Positions 1 to 11,315 of a stretch of DNA of 64,000 bases are shown one piece after another. Under the pieces are notes generated by a model. It did no database searches and was not told the origin of the DNA. It was given only the letters and a program-made list of their open reading frames with translations. Source of the DNA: Phoronis australis (Eukaryota; Animalia; Phoronida); assembly GCA_002633005.1 (NCBI GenBank), contig NMRA01000037.1, forward strand, positions 1,043,972 to 1,107,971, given 5' to 3'. Within the stretch, counting starts at the first letter, position 1. The number at the start of each line of letters is the position of its first letter. A program made the translations under genes and the position numbers.

Positions 1-1257
1 CCTAGAACATCTTTCCCATCGCAATTTGCCTCCGTTCAGCCGAGCGTCCACATAATGCATCGCACACCTTGCGACCAATGTGGCGCAAAAATGATTAAAC
101 GCGCTGACTCGTTCATGTATGGTTGAACAAACGCACCCGCAGCTGGTAATGTCTGTAGGTTTGCATTCTCACAACGATTTACACTGGCCAGGGACAAGTT
201 ACCCTACCTCGATAGGGGGGGGGGGTAAGTTGTCCCGCGTGCGTTACGTTGCCCCAACGAAAGTAGCGTCCGTAAATCGTCATGGGAGTTTCAGTAACAA
301 ACAAGAATGCCAACGCTGGAGGTTGCATTTTTTGCTTACTACGCCCCATTAGATCATGTGAAGACAGGAGAGAGCACAGGTTCGCGTATAAGGTGCGACT
401 ATAACGTGCGTCGCGCCTTTTTGTTTCGACTTCGCGTAGGTTTTGGTAAAGTATAGCGCTGCATGGAACACTCATTTTACCACGTCTAGCGAAATTTGTC
501 ATATATTTGGTCATTCAGTAAGTGTTAGGATGTCTTTTTTTCCCGCGAGTCTATAATAGTAAGAATATTTTCCCAGGGTGTCACTGTTTTTTTTTCTCGT
601 AGAAAAAGTGAACTCCCCATACTATGCTTCACGTGCCTTCCAAAGTGACTTATATCTCATGTCTGCGTGAAAGCTTCTTTTTACCATATAGATAATTACA
701 TCGCACGACTACATTCGTCTCCATTACCTTATGTCAGTGGCAGAAAAGACTGATATGCCTTTGGTTAGCGTAAGATTATTATCGACTTGTGGTTTGCTAA
801 GATAAGAAAGCTATTTATTTAAATAGCGGTCTGACAAGTTTCAAAATGAAAGACAGCATATTCTGGCAGTATTTTAAGGTCGTTTTGCAAAATCAGCATA
901 AACGACCCAGCGTTATCTCCATCGGGATCAGGAGAAAACTTTTGAGTGAAAATATACCAAAAACCACGAAACCCAATATCAAACTTACCTGCTCTTTCAT
1001 CCTTTACATTTACATTTTATGACAACAAGTTCACCTAATCCAATAACAGCGGGGTTTACTTGGTCATAAAATTTTTCTTACGAATTCATTTAACGACAAT
1101 TGGCTTACATCGTTTGCATATGCTTAACGAAACACTGAAAGGCAAGTAAATGTAGTTTTATCAATGTATTTACAATCAACGTATTATTGACCAGTAATTA
1201 TTTTTCTACATATATTTATTTTATCATAAAGTATGATCAGATCAATTCTCAAACGTT

Positions 1258-1410
1258 GGGCTGCGCACCATAGGGGGCTGGGGGGGGGGGGNGGGGTTAT
1301 AGCCCCACCACTTTTTTCAGTACTACGCCGCCCATGGTCTGTGGGCGCTGCACCACAGGGGGGCTGGCGGGCTATAGCCCCACTTTTTTAATGTTGCGTC
1401 GCCAATGTCA
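1258..1410. repeat. GC-rich short interspersed repeat (MITE-like), related to the inverted copy at about 3301-3370
   Basis: gcgcaccatagggggctgg...tatagcccc...tttttcagtactacgccgcc occurs about twice locally. The reverse-complement relative ggcgcagcactgaaaaaattgggggctaaagccc...ctatggtgcgc lies at 3306-3363. Confidence 0.5.
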
Positions 1411-1729
1411 AACAGGGACATTGCACGACGTAACGAGCGATATAAATTTACTTTCATTAGAAGTCGTACTTATGTGACTAATCGAGTCAGATGTTCGACA
1501 TGGTACAACCGTGTAACAGGCAATCGAAGTGCCTCGGAAACAAGGGCGCGCTGAACGGGACGACTAGAGATAGTTGTGTAAATAGATGTTGCTTTCTGGG
1601 CTGAACTCTTCTTATTGTACATTGTATTTTTGGTAACAATAAACATTAAAAAGTCTCCGATCTGAGAGCAAATCCGTGGCTGATTTTTGGCATGATTTTG
1701 TGTCTTAGTTTAGTGAAAACATATTGGGT

Positions 1730-2546
1730 NNNNNNNNNNNNNNNNNNNNNNNNNNNNNNNNNNNNNNNNNNNNNNNNNNNNNNNNNNNNNNNNNNNNNNN
1801 NNNNNNNNNNNNNNNNNNNNNNNNNNNNNNNNNNNNNNNNNNNNNNNNNNNNNNNNNNNNNNNNNNNNNNNNNNNNNNNNNNNNNNNNNNNNNNNNNNNN
1901 NNNNNNNNNNNNNNNNNNNNNNNNNNNNNNNNNNNNNNNNNNNNNNNNNNNNNNNNNNNNNNNNNNNNNNNNNNNNNNNNNNNNNNNNNNNNNNNNNNNN
2001 NNNNNNNNNNNNNNNNNNNNNNNNNNNNNNNNNNNNNNNNNNNNNNNNNNNNNNNNNNNNNNNNNNNNNNNNNNNNNNNNNNNNNNNNNNNNNNNNNNNN
2101 NNNNNNNNNNNNNNNNNNNNNNNNNNNNNNNNNNNNNNNNNNNNNNNNNNNNNNNNNNNNNNNNNNNNNNNNNNNNNNNNNNNNNNNNNNNNNNNNNNNN
2201 NNNNNNNNNNNNNNNNNNNNNNNNNNNNNNNNNNNNNNNNNNNNNNNNNNNNNNNNNNNNNNNNNNNNNNNNNNNNNNNNNNNNNNNNNNNNNNNNNNNN
2301 NNNNNNNNNNNNNNNNNNNNNNNNNNNNNNNNNNNNNNNNNNNNNNNNNNNNNNNNNNNNNNNNNNNNNNNNNNNNNNNNNNNNNNNNNNNNNNNNNNNN
2401 NNNNNNNNNNNNNNNNNNNNNNNNNNNNNNNNNNNNNNNNNNNNNNNNNNNNNNNNNNNNNNNNNNNNNNNNNNNNNNNNNNNNNNNNNNNNNNNNNNNN
2501 NNNNNNNNNNNNNNNNNNNNNNNNNNNNNNNNNNNNNNNNNNNNNN
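1730..2546. other. Assembly gap (run of N)
   Basis: Continuous N from 1730 to 2546. The long ORFs spanning it are artefacts. Confidence 0.99.
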
Positions 2547-2786
2547 ATACGCGTTTACACCAATGTTTGGTACGTTCTTTAAGCCTCTGCCAGAACACGT
2601 GTAAGACCATATCATTATGCTGCTGCATAGTCTTAGATCTTTACACTCAGGTGCGCGGCTGCAGTCGCATTGATCCGGGCAATGATGGAATTCGTAGTCG
2701 CTGGTGGTAGCAACAGTCACTCCTTGAGCATCCGCCATAAGGCTTAGATGCAGTGCCAGTAGACAGATGTCCGTTATTCGAATCAT
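2547..2786 (-). CDS. 5' part of a secreted or membrane leucine-rich-repeat protein (signal peptide + LRRNT cap), truncated by the gap
   Basis: ATG at 2786 gives MIRITDICLLALHLSLMADAQG (hydrophobic signal peptide), then CPDQCDC...YTCSGRGLKNVP, matching the LRRNT pattern CPxxCxC...CxxxxLxxVP. The frame stays open into the gap, so the family (TLR, LGR, SLIT-like etc.) cannot be assigned. Confidence 0.75.
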
Positions 2787-2832
2787 GCCGTTTGCGGCGA
2801 ATAATAATGTCGATCTCAGTACACGAAGAGTA

Positions 2833-2920
2833 TTTATAGAGCGCGTCACGACAAACAGGTAGCCGTGCGTGAGCGCAGCGCATGTGAGAAGTGAAGATTT
2901 CATAAGTGGTCGTGACGTCA
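2833..2920 (-). promoter_or_regulatory. Putative core promoter of the LRR gene: TATA box plus full CRE
   Basis: TATAAA on the - strand at 2833-2838, about 50 nt upstream of the ATG, and palindromic TGACGTCA at 2913-2920, about 80 nt further upstream. Confidence 0.45.
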
Positions 2921-4674
2921 CCGAGACAAATTGGAAAAGTATTGGAATTGACGGTGTAGGTGATTGGAAGTAATTAAATCATTACGGTAGTGGATAAGCT
3001 GCAGCGAAACTGAAGAACAACTTTGACAGCGAAGACCAGAGGGGTCGTTCAATGGAGCGTTTTTTCAGCAACTAAAAACCGTAATATTCGTCAACAGCTA
3101 GGTCACACGTACATGTTAACAAAAACAATCTGAATTAAGTATAAGTGCCAAGAAGTTGTTTTCCTGGGAAGTAATCAAGGTGCTTTTCGCATTCCTGGAA
3201 TCCCAAAATTTATTTTTGCAAAACATAAAAACTTAGGAAAAAGCCACAGCAGTTTTATCTAAAGTCAGAGAATAAAATTCTCGAGGTTTGACACAAAACA
3301 CGGGTGGCGCAGCACTGAAAAAATTGGGGGCTAAAGCCCCGCCCCTCAGACCCTATGGTGCGCCGCTCATGCAAAACGCAATCACATGTTTAGGATTCTC
3401 AGCCAGTTGGGATCGTTGTACGGGATCCTTACTGAAGAGGAAAGTTGATTTCTGGTTTCTAGCCGGAGTCACTGGTATTGCCATGTCACATTTTATAGCA
3501 GCTTAATCTGGACCGTTTGCAATTTTTCGAAATAACTTATGTGGTTTTGTATGTTTCGTAAATATATAGTCTTCCGTCATCACTATTACGCCTCTAGACA
3601 GTGACGGCCCAAGGATGTCGCAAGGGGTAGGCTACCAAAATGTTCGCACCAAGCCATCAACATGGGATGTCGATGAATTTTTGGTCATTTCTGTCTGTCT
3701 GTCTGTCTCTCTCTCTAAGAACTTTCACTCGAAGCCCTCCTCTCCCGGGAGCCAGATTTTTTTTTCTCTGACGGGGTTTCTGAAGTATGTCCGTGGGTTT
3801 GCATTTTACCCTCTGGTGTCTCGATCTCTGGCGGAGAGACTGATAAACCATTATGGTGAGAGCTCTTTTAGTTCTAGCCTCGAGAAGGCAACGGATTGGG
3901 TAGGCGGGGAGAATCCAAAATCAAGAATAGAACTTTGTACAAACGATACCTATCTAGAAACTCAAAAACACTCCAAGATTTGGTTTCACGGGGTACAAAT
4001 TGTGATTTACACATTATAAAGATTGATCCTTGCAACTAAGTACAGTAGCCATCAAAAATATTTTGTTTTTCCTTCTTAATGTTGAAGCCGTGAATACAAA
4101 AACGTGTCTGGTCTCCCAATTTTCCTTACTATGATAGCAACAGGTTTCTGACAGCAAGACGAATTGAGAAATCTCGAAGTTATCGTATCCGTTATAGGAC
4201 TTAATTCCTTGCTACAAGGTACACCCAGAACGGAAAGTCATAGGGCTGGCCAACGGTTACAGAATTTGTGCGCTTCAGTTCATATTGCGGGTCAGTGGGT
4301 ATCTTTCAATTTCAAATGAATTATTTGCCTGGCGTCAGTTTCACAAGCATAGTTTGATAAGCTTAATTGTCACATTTCTCGATTTCACAGTTTTAAGTAC
4401 ATTTGTATAGAAAGGGCCACTCAGTGCTGCAAAATATTCTTTTTGTAAAAATCGTCAATAATATTGAAGCAAACTGTGAAAGGGAAATTATCGACGAGAA
4501 AAGTAATTTTCTGAGATCAGTCCCAGCGCGGAATCGAATCTGGTTGTCGCAACCGTACTTGACTGGTAGTCACAGGTCTCGGTTTCAGAGAATGGCTGGA
4601 AGACAACGCTGAGAGTTAGCGATTTGTAACAAAATTATAAAAACAACGACCTCTATTGTTATATAGGTCTGGTC

Positions 4675-4918
4675 AATAATAATAACTTCCAAGAAGTCTA
4701 TCCCATCCAAAAGTAATTCCAAAATTATATCTTTCGCACGTTAAAGCGACAATGTCTCTTTAAATGAGCGGATAAAGTAGGTGCCAGAATTTAACGTAAT
4801 AGTAATAACTTCAAGAAGTCTATCCCATCCAACAATAATTCCAAAAATATATTTTCCTACGTTAAACCGACAATGTCCATTAAAATGAGCGTGCAACACA
4901 GGTGTCAGAATTTAATGT
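4675..4918. repeat. Two-copy tandem repeat, unit about 122 bp
   Basis: aataacttc(c)aagaagtctatcccatccaa...ttaaa(g/c)cgacaatgtc...aggtg(c/t)cagaatttaa occurs twice in tandem. Confidence 0.85.
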
Positions 4919-6183
4919 GTCAACCCGGAATATTTTCTCGCCTTTATTGTTAAAATTTGTAACGGTAGAAGTCACGTTCAACCTCACACGCCACAGTCTC
5001 GTGGTTTTTGAGGTCTTGGTGCTTTATAAAGAATTTTATATAAATGGTCGGAAAGTATATTTCTTCCTAAGGCCACCTGCCCGTATTACAACGAAATGAA
5101 CTGACAATAGATATCTGGGCACAGAATCATAATGTAGGAAATACAAAAATATAACTACCTAATAGCGTGTTAGCTTCTTTCTATTTGGATATGTTATTCA
5201 AAAAGATACTAAAGCCCAATTCATTAATTTTGCCCGCATAAATTGACGGCATCACATGCTAATGTATGATTTGTACTTAATTGGAGCTAAAGCTCTGTCT
5301 TATATAAATGGGTTCAGAGATTCAAAACGGGCGCCGCCTTTCGTCAGTCTGGATCCAAGGGTTAGTCACGTTTGACGATTTAGCAGATTTGTCGACAGTT
5401 AAAAACCAGATTTGGTATCCTTTTAATAACAACAGTCTGGATCATTTACAATAGGGAATAAAACTTTCAAGATTAATTTTACATTAATGAAACACTTGTT
5501 TTTTATAGCTTAGGTCACAGATTTTATAGTCTCTGTTGATCAATCAAGAAAAAACTATGCTGAATGAGCAGCTCACAGGTGTGTACCACAAGCTGGTGAC
5601 TATGTTACTTTAGGACTGTGGTCTTCCTACCGTGTGCTTAATTCCCACAGTCTGCTTATTTGCTCTTCTACCTGTTATCACCGTTTATTTCACGCTTTTG
5701 TTTCGCTTACACCACATTCTTTTTATCAAGTGCCTTAGGATGAAACATGTGCTCTCGAAATATAGCTACTATTTTAACATGTTTGTTTGTAATGTCTTTT
5801 GGCAATTGCTTTACAACTGCACACTAGGAGTTCGAAAATTGTTGAGAGATCTTGAACGAGTGTACATCAAGCTGTCCAACAGAAAGTACAGTCGTGTTTT
5901 CAATCAAATTTGTTATTGAAAGGCAATTACCGAACTATACAAATTTTCAAGAAAGGACGAATTTCTAAGACACTTTACGGTGATTCATCATGAATGTGTT
6001 TTTTTTGCGAAGCAGTAGGCATGACGGAACAATTTCATTTCTTTATTCTTAGGTTGTTTCGTAACCCGTTGCACGCCCACGGGCAGAAGTGGCAAACTCA
6101 ATGAAACCCCCTTGAGCTGCTTATGTTCGTCCCGGCCTCTGCTGGGAAGTTTCGTGTTTAACTAATTCTGAAGCATCTAAGAT

Positions 6184-6433
6184 ATGCGCGCACCCAGCCT
6201 TTATGGGGGGGGGGGCTCGAATTCCTGACGTTGTGGACATTTTGCCAACAAAACAGCGGACGGCTAAAAATAAAAAAGTGAGCACCGCTGTGACGTGCGA
6301 TTTGCGGTTATTTAGTGGACTTTTGTACCATTTTCCCGGACTTTTTGCCTCTGGGCGGCGGACCTTTTTGCCCACTTCGCCAGATGGGGGGCTCCGTCGA
6401 GCACCCCAGCCCCCTCCCCTGGGTGCTCGCATG
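6184..6433. mobile_element. MITE family A, copy 1 (TIR atgcgcgcacccag)
   Basis: Ends atgcgcgcacccag / ctgggtgctcgcat. The internal sequence (ggacctttttgcccacttcgcca) is shared with 11061-11315. Confidence 0.75.
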
Positions 6434-8255
6434 TAAGAGGTGACGGTTAAGGAGGAGACACACGATAACGATAACGGACGGAGGAGGAGAGGGGGGGGGG
6501 TGGAGGGCAATGCTAATCATTAGCTTCACATCTGCTCGTTGCAGTGGTTGGCTACGGGCATGGATATCATTGCTGTTTAATGAATGTTTGAAACATGCAA
6601 ATGGGAAAACGTTTGGTCGTTCAAACATATGCACAAAGTTTAAAGTAAAACACAGTTGAAGCAAACTTAAAAAGAAGAATAACCAGAGAGCATTAATCGA
6701 AAATATTGTTTGATAGTCATAAACTTCGCTCGCGTTATTAGGAGTTATTTTATCAAATATATTTCAATATTGCTTATTACATACCGTGTCGACGGAAAGT
6801 ATTAAATCATGATTCATCGACTAAAATCTCTTAGTATTCACTGAAAGATATGAATGATGCTTTTCTAAGAGACAAAGGTGTCTGTAGATTCCTAAGCTAA
6901 TGTGATTTGATTGTCAAGAGTAGTTATTCTTAGCGGCCGCTTGACGTAATGACGAAATAATTATTGGCTATTTATTGAGTGAAGGTAAATGAAAATCACG
7001 TAGATCGGATATCCATCTTTATCACGACTACTCTGTCGTTTAATTATTGCTGTCTTGCCGAAAGTACAAAGAAATTTTGAGTTAAAACGAGCGATGTAAC
7101 GATTCTCAAGACCCCAAATTAAAGGTATCCATGGTTTGTATTGGGGTAGATACTGCAAATTCACGTAATATGTTCTAACCCACTAAGTCCATTTTGACCC
7201 ATTGTGTCCACTTATACATAACCATCATCAAAATGCGCAAGGTTCACACAGTCACTTTAGGAAATGGCGTAAAACCGAATGGAATTGACTGAGCTTATTA
7301 TACTTTTTGTAAGGATGGCGGTTTTCTTCGCGGAATGAGAGAAATATCTGAATAGCTTAGCGACTGTAAATGACGTGATGACCTGGCGTCTTACATAACT
7401 GTCTCTCTCGGGACGCCCGCTCAGATATCGTTGGGGATAGGACTGTGCCCGCGGCGACAACTAGCCACACATCGTTGGAGACCTGACTGTGCCCGGGGCA
7501 ACACCTAGCCATTATGCGCCCTTCCAACCATCATTGACTGTGTATTGCTCACAGATTTTTTGTCTCTGCTTTTCCTTTTTTTCCATGGACAAATGAGTTT
7601 TATTTGAGGAACATTCGACGGTTCATTCAACTGATAAGAAAACTTTCCTACAACTGACTTATTGAAAGCGCTAACTAGAATAACATTTGGCAATACAAAA
7701 TGTAAAAGCAACGATCATGACGTTAAGAACGACAGCTTGCAATGCTCTGTGGCAACGGCTGAATTAAAGGGAGGAAGTTACCGCTCTTTACTTCCATCCG
7801 AGACCGTATTTAAAAATACGGTCTTGGAGGAAACAAAAATGAAAAAAATAGCATAATTGGTTTTAGTGCGTGGTTTTTGAAAACTGACGCAGTGATGGAG
7901 TGGTTTTGGTTGCCCATACCTTCAAAAAGTCAAGTGATGCCAAATGAAATAGGTCGGGATTCTTTTTCCCGTCGACACTTAATGCCACCTGGGATCTTCT
8001 TTTTTCCAAATGTGTCACATGATGTCAACTGAAGTGACTCCTGGTCCTTCTTTTCCCCAGCGCCGCTTGATGGCAGTTTAAATGGACCAGGTTACTTCTT
8101 TTTGTTCTTTTTTATATTGTGCTATTATATTTTTCGCCGCATCTAGTGTTTCTTTATAGAGACTAATATTCGATTTAGACCACGTGACACCGTTGTAATT
8201 TACTAATCTCAGCTAGTTCCTTACTTAGACGAAAAATGGTTTCTGGGTTTGTTTT

Positions 8256-8408
8256 GGCGTGCTTTCAGTAGACGCTAAGACCTACGCTAGGACCTACCTA
8301 AAACCTAGTCAAAGTCACGTGTTCTTATTTACAGTGCACGGCAATATCTCACGTAATCTCGCGAAGTCTTGCTTTTTAGCGAGGTCCTAGCGTTACTGAA
8401 CGGGAGGC
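8256..8408 (+). mobile_element. MITE family B, copy 1 (about 150 bp)
   Basis: Starts ggcgtgctttcagtag. The core aaagtcacgtgttct...gcacggcaatatctcacgtaatctcgcga...ttttagcgaggtcct is the reverse complement of about 10445-10525. Confidence 0.7.
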
Positions 8409-9779
8409 AGGCTCGACGCATGAAATGACACGTTTTGTGACACATATTGTCGCAAGATTAGCAATATCAGCCTAGTGCGGCCGGGTGCCGTCAACATTTA
8501 CACATATCGCCGCTTGGGGTCGACCATACGCTCCGATGGCCTAATGGATCACGAACTTGAGTGTCGTCCATACTCTCCGACGGTAATGAATCACGAATTA
8601 CTTGAGTTTCTTTATCTTCTTTTATGCCTCTTTCAGTCTTACGCAGAACTACACGCAAAAATTCCACTGTGAGGCAATGACAACTCTGGTCTGGTCTTTC
8701 GCACCTGCTTACGCAGTTGTCTCGATGCTTTGTCTGATATTAAGCTACTGGCTCGTCGACGAGTCTTCCAGCAGACTTCCTTCCAATTGGCTGAATTCAA
8801 CGCTCGTAAGTGACTGCTCGAGGCTGCTACCACGTATGGCCTTGCTGCTAAAAGCCACAACGAGAGCCTTGGTAGTGTATCGTCGAACCAGATGCTTACA
8901 GTCAACTTTAGCCCTGGAGTGCTGCACCTTCGCTGTCACGTGGGTGGTCTGGGGAAGGGATTAGGCCTAATGTACCAGCGTATCCCCAATGACCCCTGTC
9001 CATGACAAGTGATAAGCGGGTAATAATATATAAGTCACAACTCGCTGTGACAAGCGTAATCTGTCTAGCCTGGTTTCAATTGCAATGACATACTGCCGTT
9101 TCTTTCGAAGACATGAAATCGCCTGTGATTTGACGAAGGAACAATTTGAAGCCATGATGATGAAAAGTGGTTAAAATCAACAGCGAGCATGTGTAGTGTT
9201 TACCCATGAAACTGTGCTCCCTCCACTGCGTCATAGGACTCTTCTCTGCAGGGACCATTTCTCATTATCTTTATGCCACTATTTTCACGGCATGACACTG
9301 AGCACAGCCTCTGCCGGAAATTAACCAGCATCACGTTGACGCATAGCTGTCTAGTACAAGTCTGAATAATCAATCAGTTTTCGGAATACGTGCCGCCCAA
9401 CCCGTTTACGAGTAAACCCAAACATGTTAACAACGGACTGACTTGGACAACTCCATGAAGAAAATCGTAAGCTTAAAATGTATTTCTTAAATCATCTTTT
9501 AGTTTAAAAAATAGACGACTTATTAGGTTGAAATAGCTTTAGTTTGTGCTACGATTCTTTTTTGGAAAGACAAGGGACATGACAATGAGTCAGCATGGAA
9601 TGACCGCGCCAGGTTCAGTACGGATTAGCAGTTCGTCATTAGTCATGGTGAGAACATTACCCAAATCAAGTTGCTACGTTCGAATTCACAGGAAAAAAAT
9701 TAACCCTCAGAACTCTTTGAGAGGGAAGATGCAAGAAGAGTTCAGTGGCAGATGAGATCACAACCGATGACGATCGCAA

Positions 9780-10340
9780 TGGAAAGGACGATGAGCATGA
9801 ATACCGACGAAAGAAGGCATCGAATTCACTTGGATCAAACAGACGACAACGCGAGGTAGCAACTATCCGAAGAGGACTTAGAGAACTCGATTGCCTATGT
9901 TTGAGCCGAAGAACACGAGAGGGGAGGAATTTCACAGTTGAGAGAGGAAGCCTGAGAACGGCTTACGTCCCTTCGCAGAGCGGAACGAAGAGCCCAAACA
10001 AACAACAAGCGCATGAAGCAAAGACAGACGTTCATTAGACTCCCCAATCAGTAAGCGTCAATGCTTTAAGGGAAGAATGTGAGTGGAACGTTTAGCTGCA
10101 CCTTGAAGGACTTAGAACTAGACAACCTGGCCAAAGTACATAACTACGAGCCAAAAGATATTCCACTAGCGATTTTCCTTGTTTAGAAGTAGACGGTTTA
10201 CCAACAGTATTGTATGACTTAGGGACCATTAAGAAGTCAGAAGTTGACAGTAGTGTGAAGAAAGCTCGAGCAGGGTCATCTGGTATGAGAGGAATCTCTT
10301 ACAAGATGAATTGGAGCTGCTCCAGGTTACAAGCATGGTC
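9780..10340 (+). mobile_element. Decayed non-LTR retrotransposon fragment (R2/Hero/NeSL-like, region N-terminal to RT)
   Basis: Frameshifted peptides NRRQREVATIRRGLREL, ERLTSLRRAERRAQTNNKRMKQRQTFIR and VKKARAGSSGMRGISYK resemble the NRRQxEI..LR / RLxxLRRAE / KARxxSAPGPxGIPYK motifs preceding RT in RLE-type LINEs. Multiple stops are present. Confidence 0.6.
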
Positions 10341-10429
10341 GTAGACAAATCCTGCTAGCGAAGTTAAATCCCAGTCGATAAATGATAGAGTGTCTTAAGC
10401 ATAGTTAACTGGTACGTGAAGTCACCACG

Positions 10430-10576
10430 TCCTGCCAGTAACAATAGGACCTCGCTAAAAACAAGACATCGCGAGATTACGTGAGATATTGCCGTGCATT
10501 TTAAATGAGAACACGTGACTTTAGCTAGATTTTAGGTAGATAACAGCCCAAGTCCTAGTGTTATTGAAAGCACGCC
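10430..10576 (-). mobile_element. MITE family B, copy 2 (inverted relative to 8256-8408)
   Basis: Ends tgaaagcacgcc, the reverse complement of ggcgtgctttca. The core matches copy 1. Confidence 0.7.
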
Positions 10577-10825
10577 TGATTTCAGCGAATGGTTGGCATT
10601 CAACGGCGAGAATGAGCGTTAGGTAATAAAATCATAAAAACATTAGATTTTGCTTTGTAGCTCAGTGGTCAAAGTTAATGACTCTAACAAAACGATCCAA
10701 CACAAGGATAATCTCAAAATGCGTTTTAGCAATAATACCGATTATGACCCTTGAACAGTATTGAAATCTGAAAAAAAATGTTTAATGAAATATCGAATGC
10801 TTTTTTGTCTAGAAAGTCTGTCCGG

Positions 10826-11043
10826 CAGGTCAGTACAGTTGCCCAAAATGTCTCAGTGGGAGGTCAGTACGATTGTCCAGAAGGCCTTGAGGGGAGGTCA
10901 GTGCGATTGTCCAGAAGTTCTATTTGGGAAGACAGTACGATTGTCTAGAACTGTCTGTTAGGTCAATTCAATTGCCCACAAGAATTTTGTGCAGAAGGTC
11001 AGTACGATTGTGCAGAAGGTCAGTCTGGGATTTCAGTACGATT
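10826..11043 (+). repeat. Degenerate minisatellite, period about 35 bp, core aggtcagtacgattgtccagaa
   Basis: About 6-7 copies of the core separated by variable linkers of about 10-13 nt. Confidence 0.8.
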
Positions 11044-11060
11044 CATGTCCTTTCAGTTCA

Positions 11061-11315
11061 CATGCGCGCACCCAGCTTTAAAGTATTGGGGGCTCGATTT
11101 CTTGAGGATTTGGACCTTTTCCTAACAAAAAACCGGAGACTAAAAATAAAAAAGGAGTACCACGTTCACAGCTGTGAATTGTGCCTTTGCGCCTTTGTAG
11201 TAGACTTTTGTCTGGTTTTTGACTTTTTGTACCTCTGAGGCGGACCTTTTTGCCCACTTCGCCAAATGAGGGGGGGGGGGTTCATTCGAGCCCCCCCCTC
11301 CTGGGTGCGCGCATA
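11061..11315. mobile_element. MITE family A, copy 2
   Basis: catgcgcgcacccag ... ctgggtgcgcgcat TIRs. Colinear with 6184-6433. Confidence 0.8.

Noticed and set aside
1-1140. Downstream exons of the LRR gene
   Set aside because: Some splice-like signals exist (about 728 and 989-1134 on the - strand), but no LRR motif or consistent open frame could be assembled.
1692-2921. 296-403 aa ORFs
   Set aside because: They are mostly translated Ns. Only the - strand 2547-2786 portion looks coding.
8602-8964. 120-aa ORF or possible L2/CR1 reverse-transcriptase remnant
   Set aside because: Only a faint resemblance (CLSDI...SNWL...NARK across frames), too weak to call.
10826-11043. CRISPR array
   Set aside because: Eukaryotic context, linkers of only about 10-13 nt, degenerate repeats and no cas genes.
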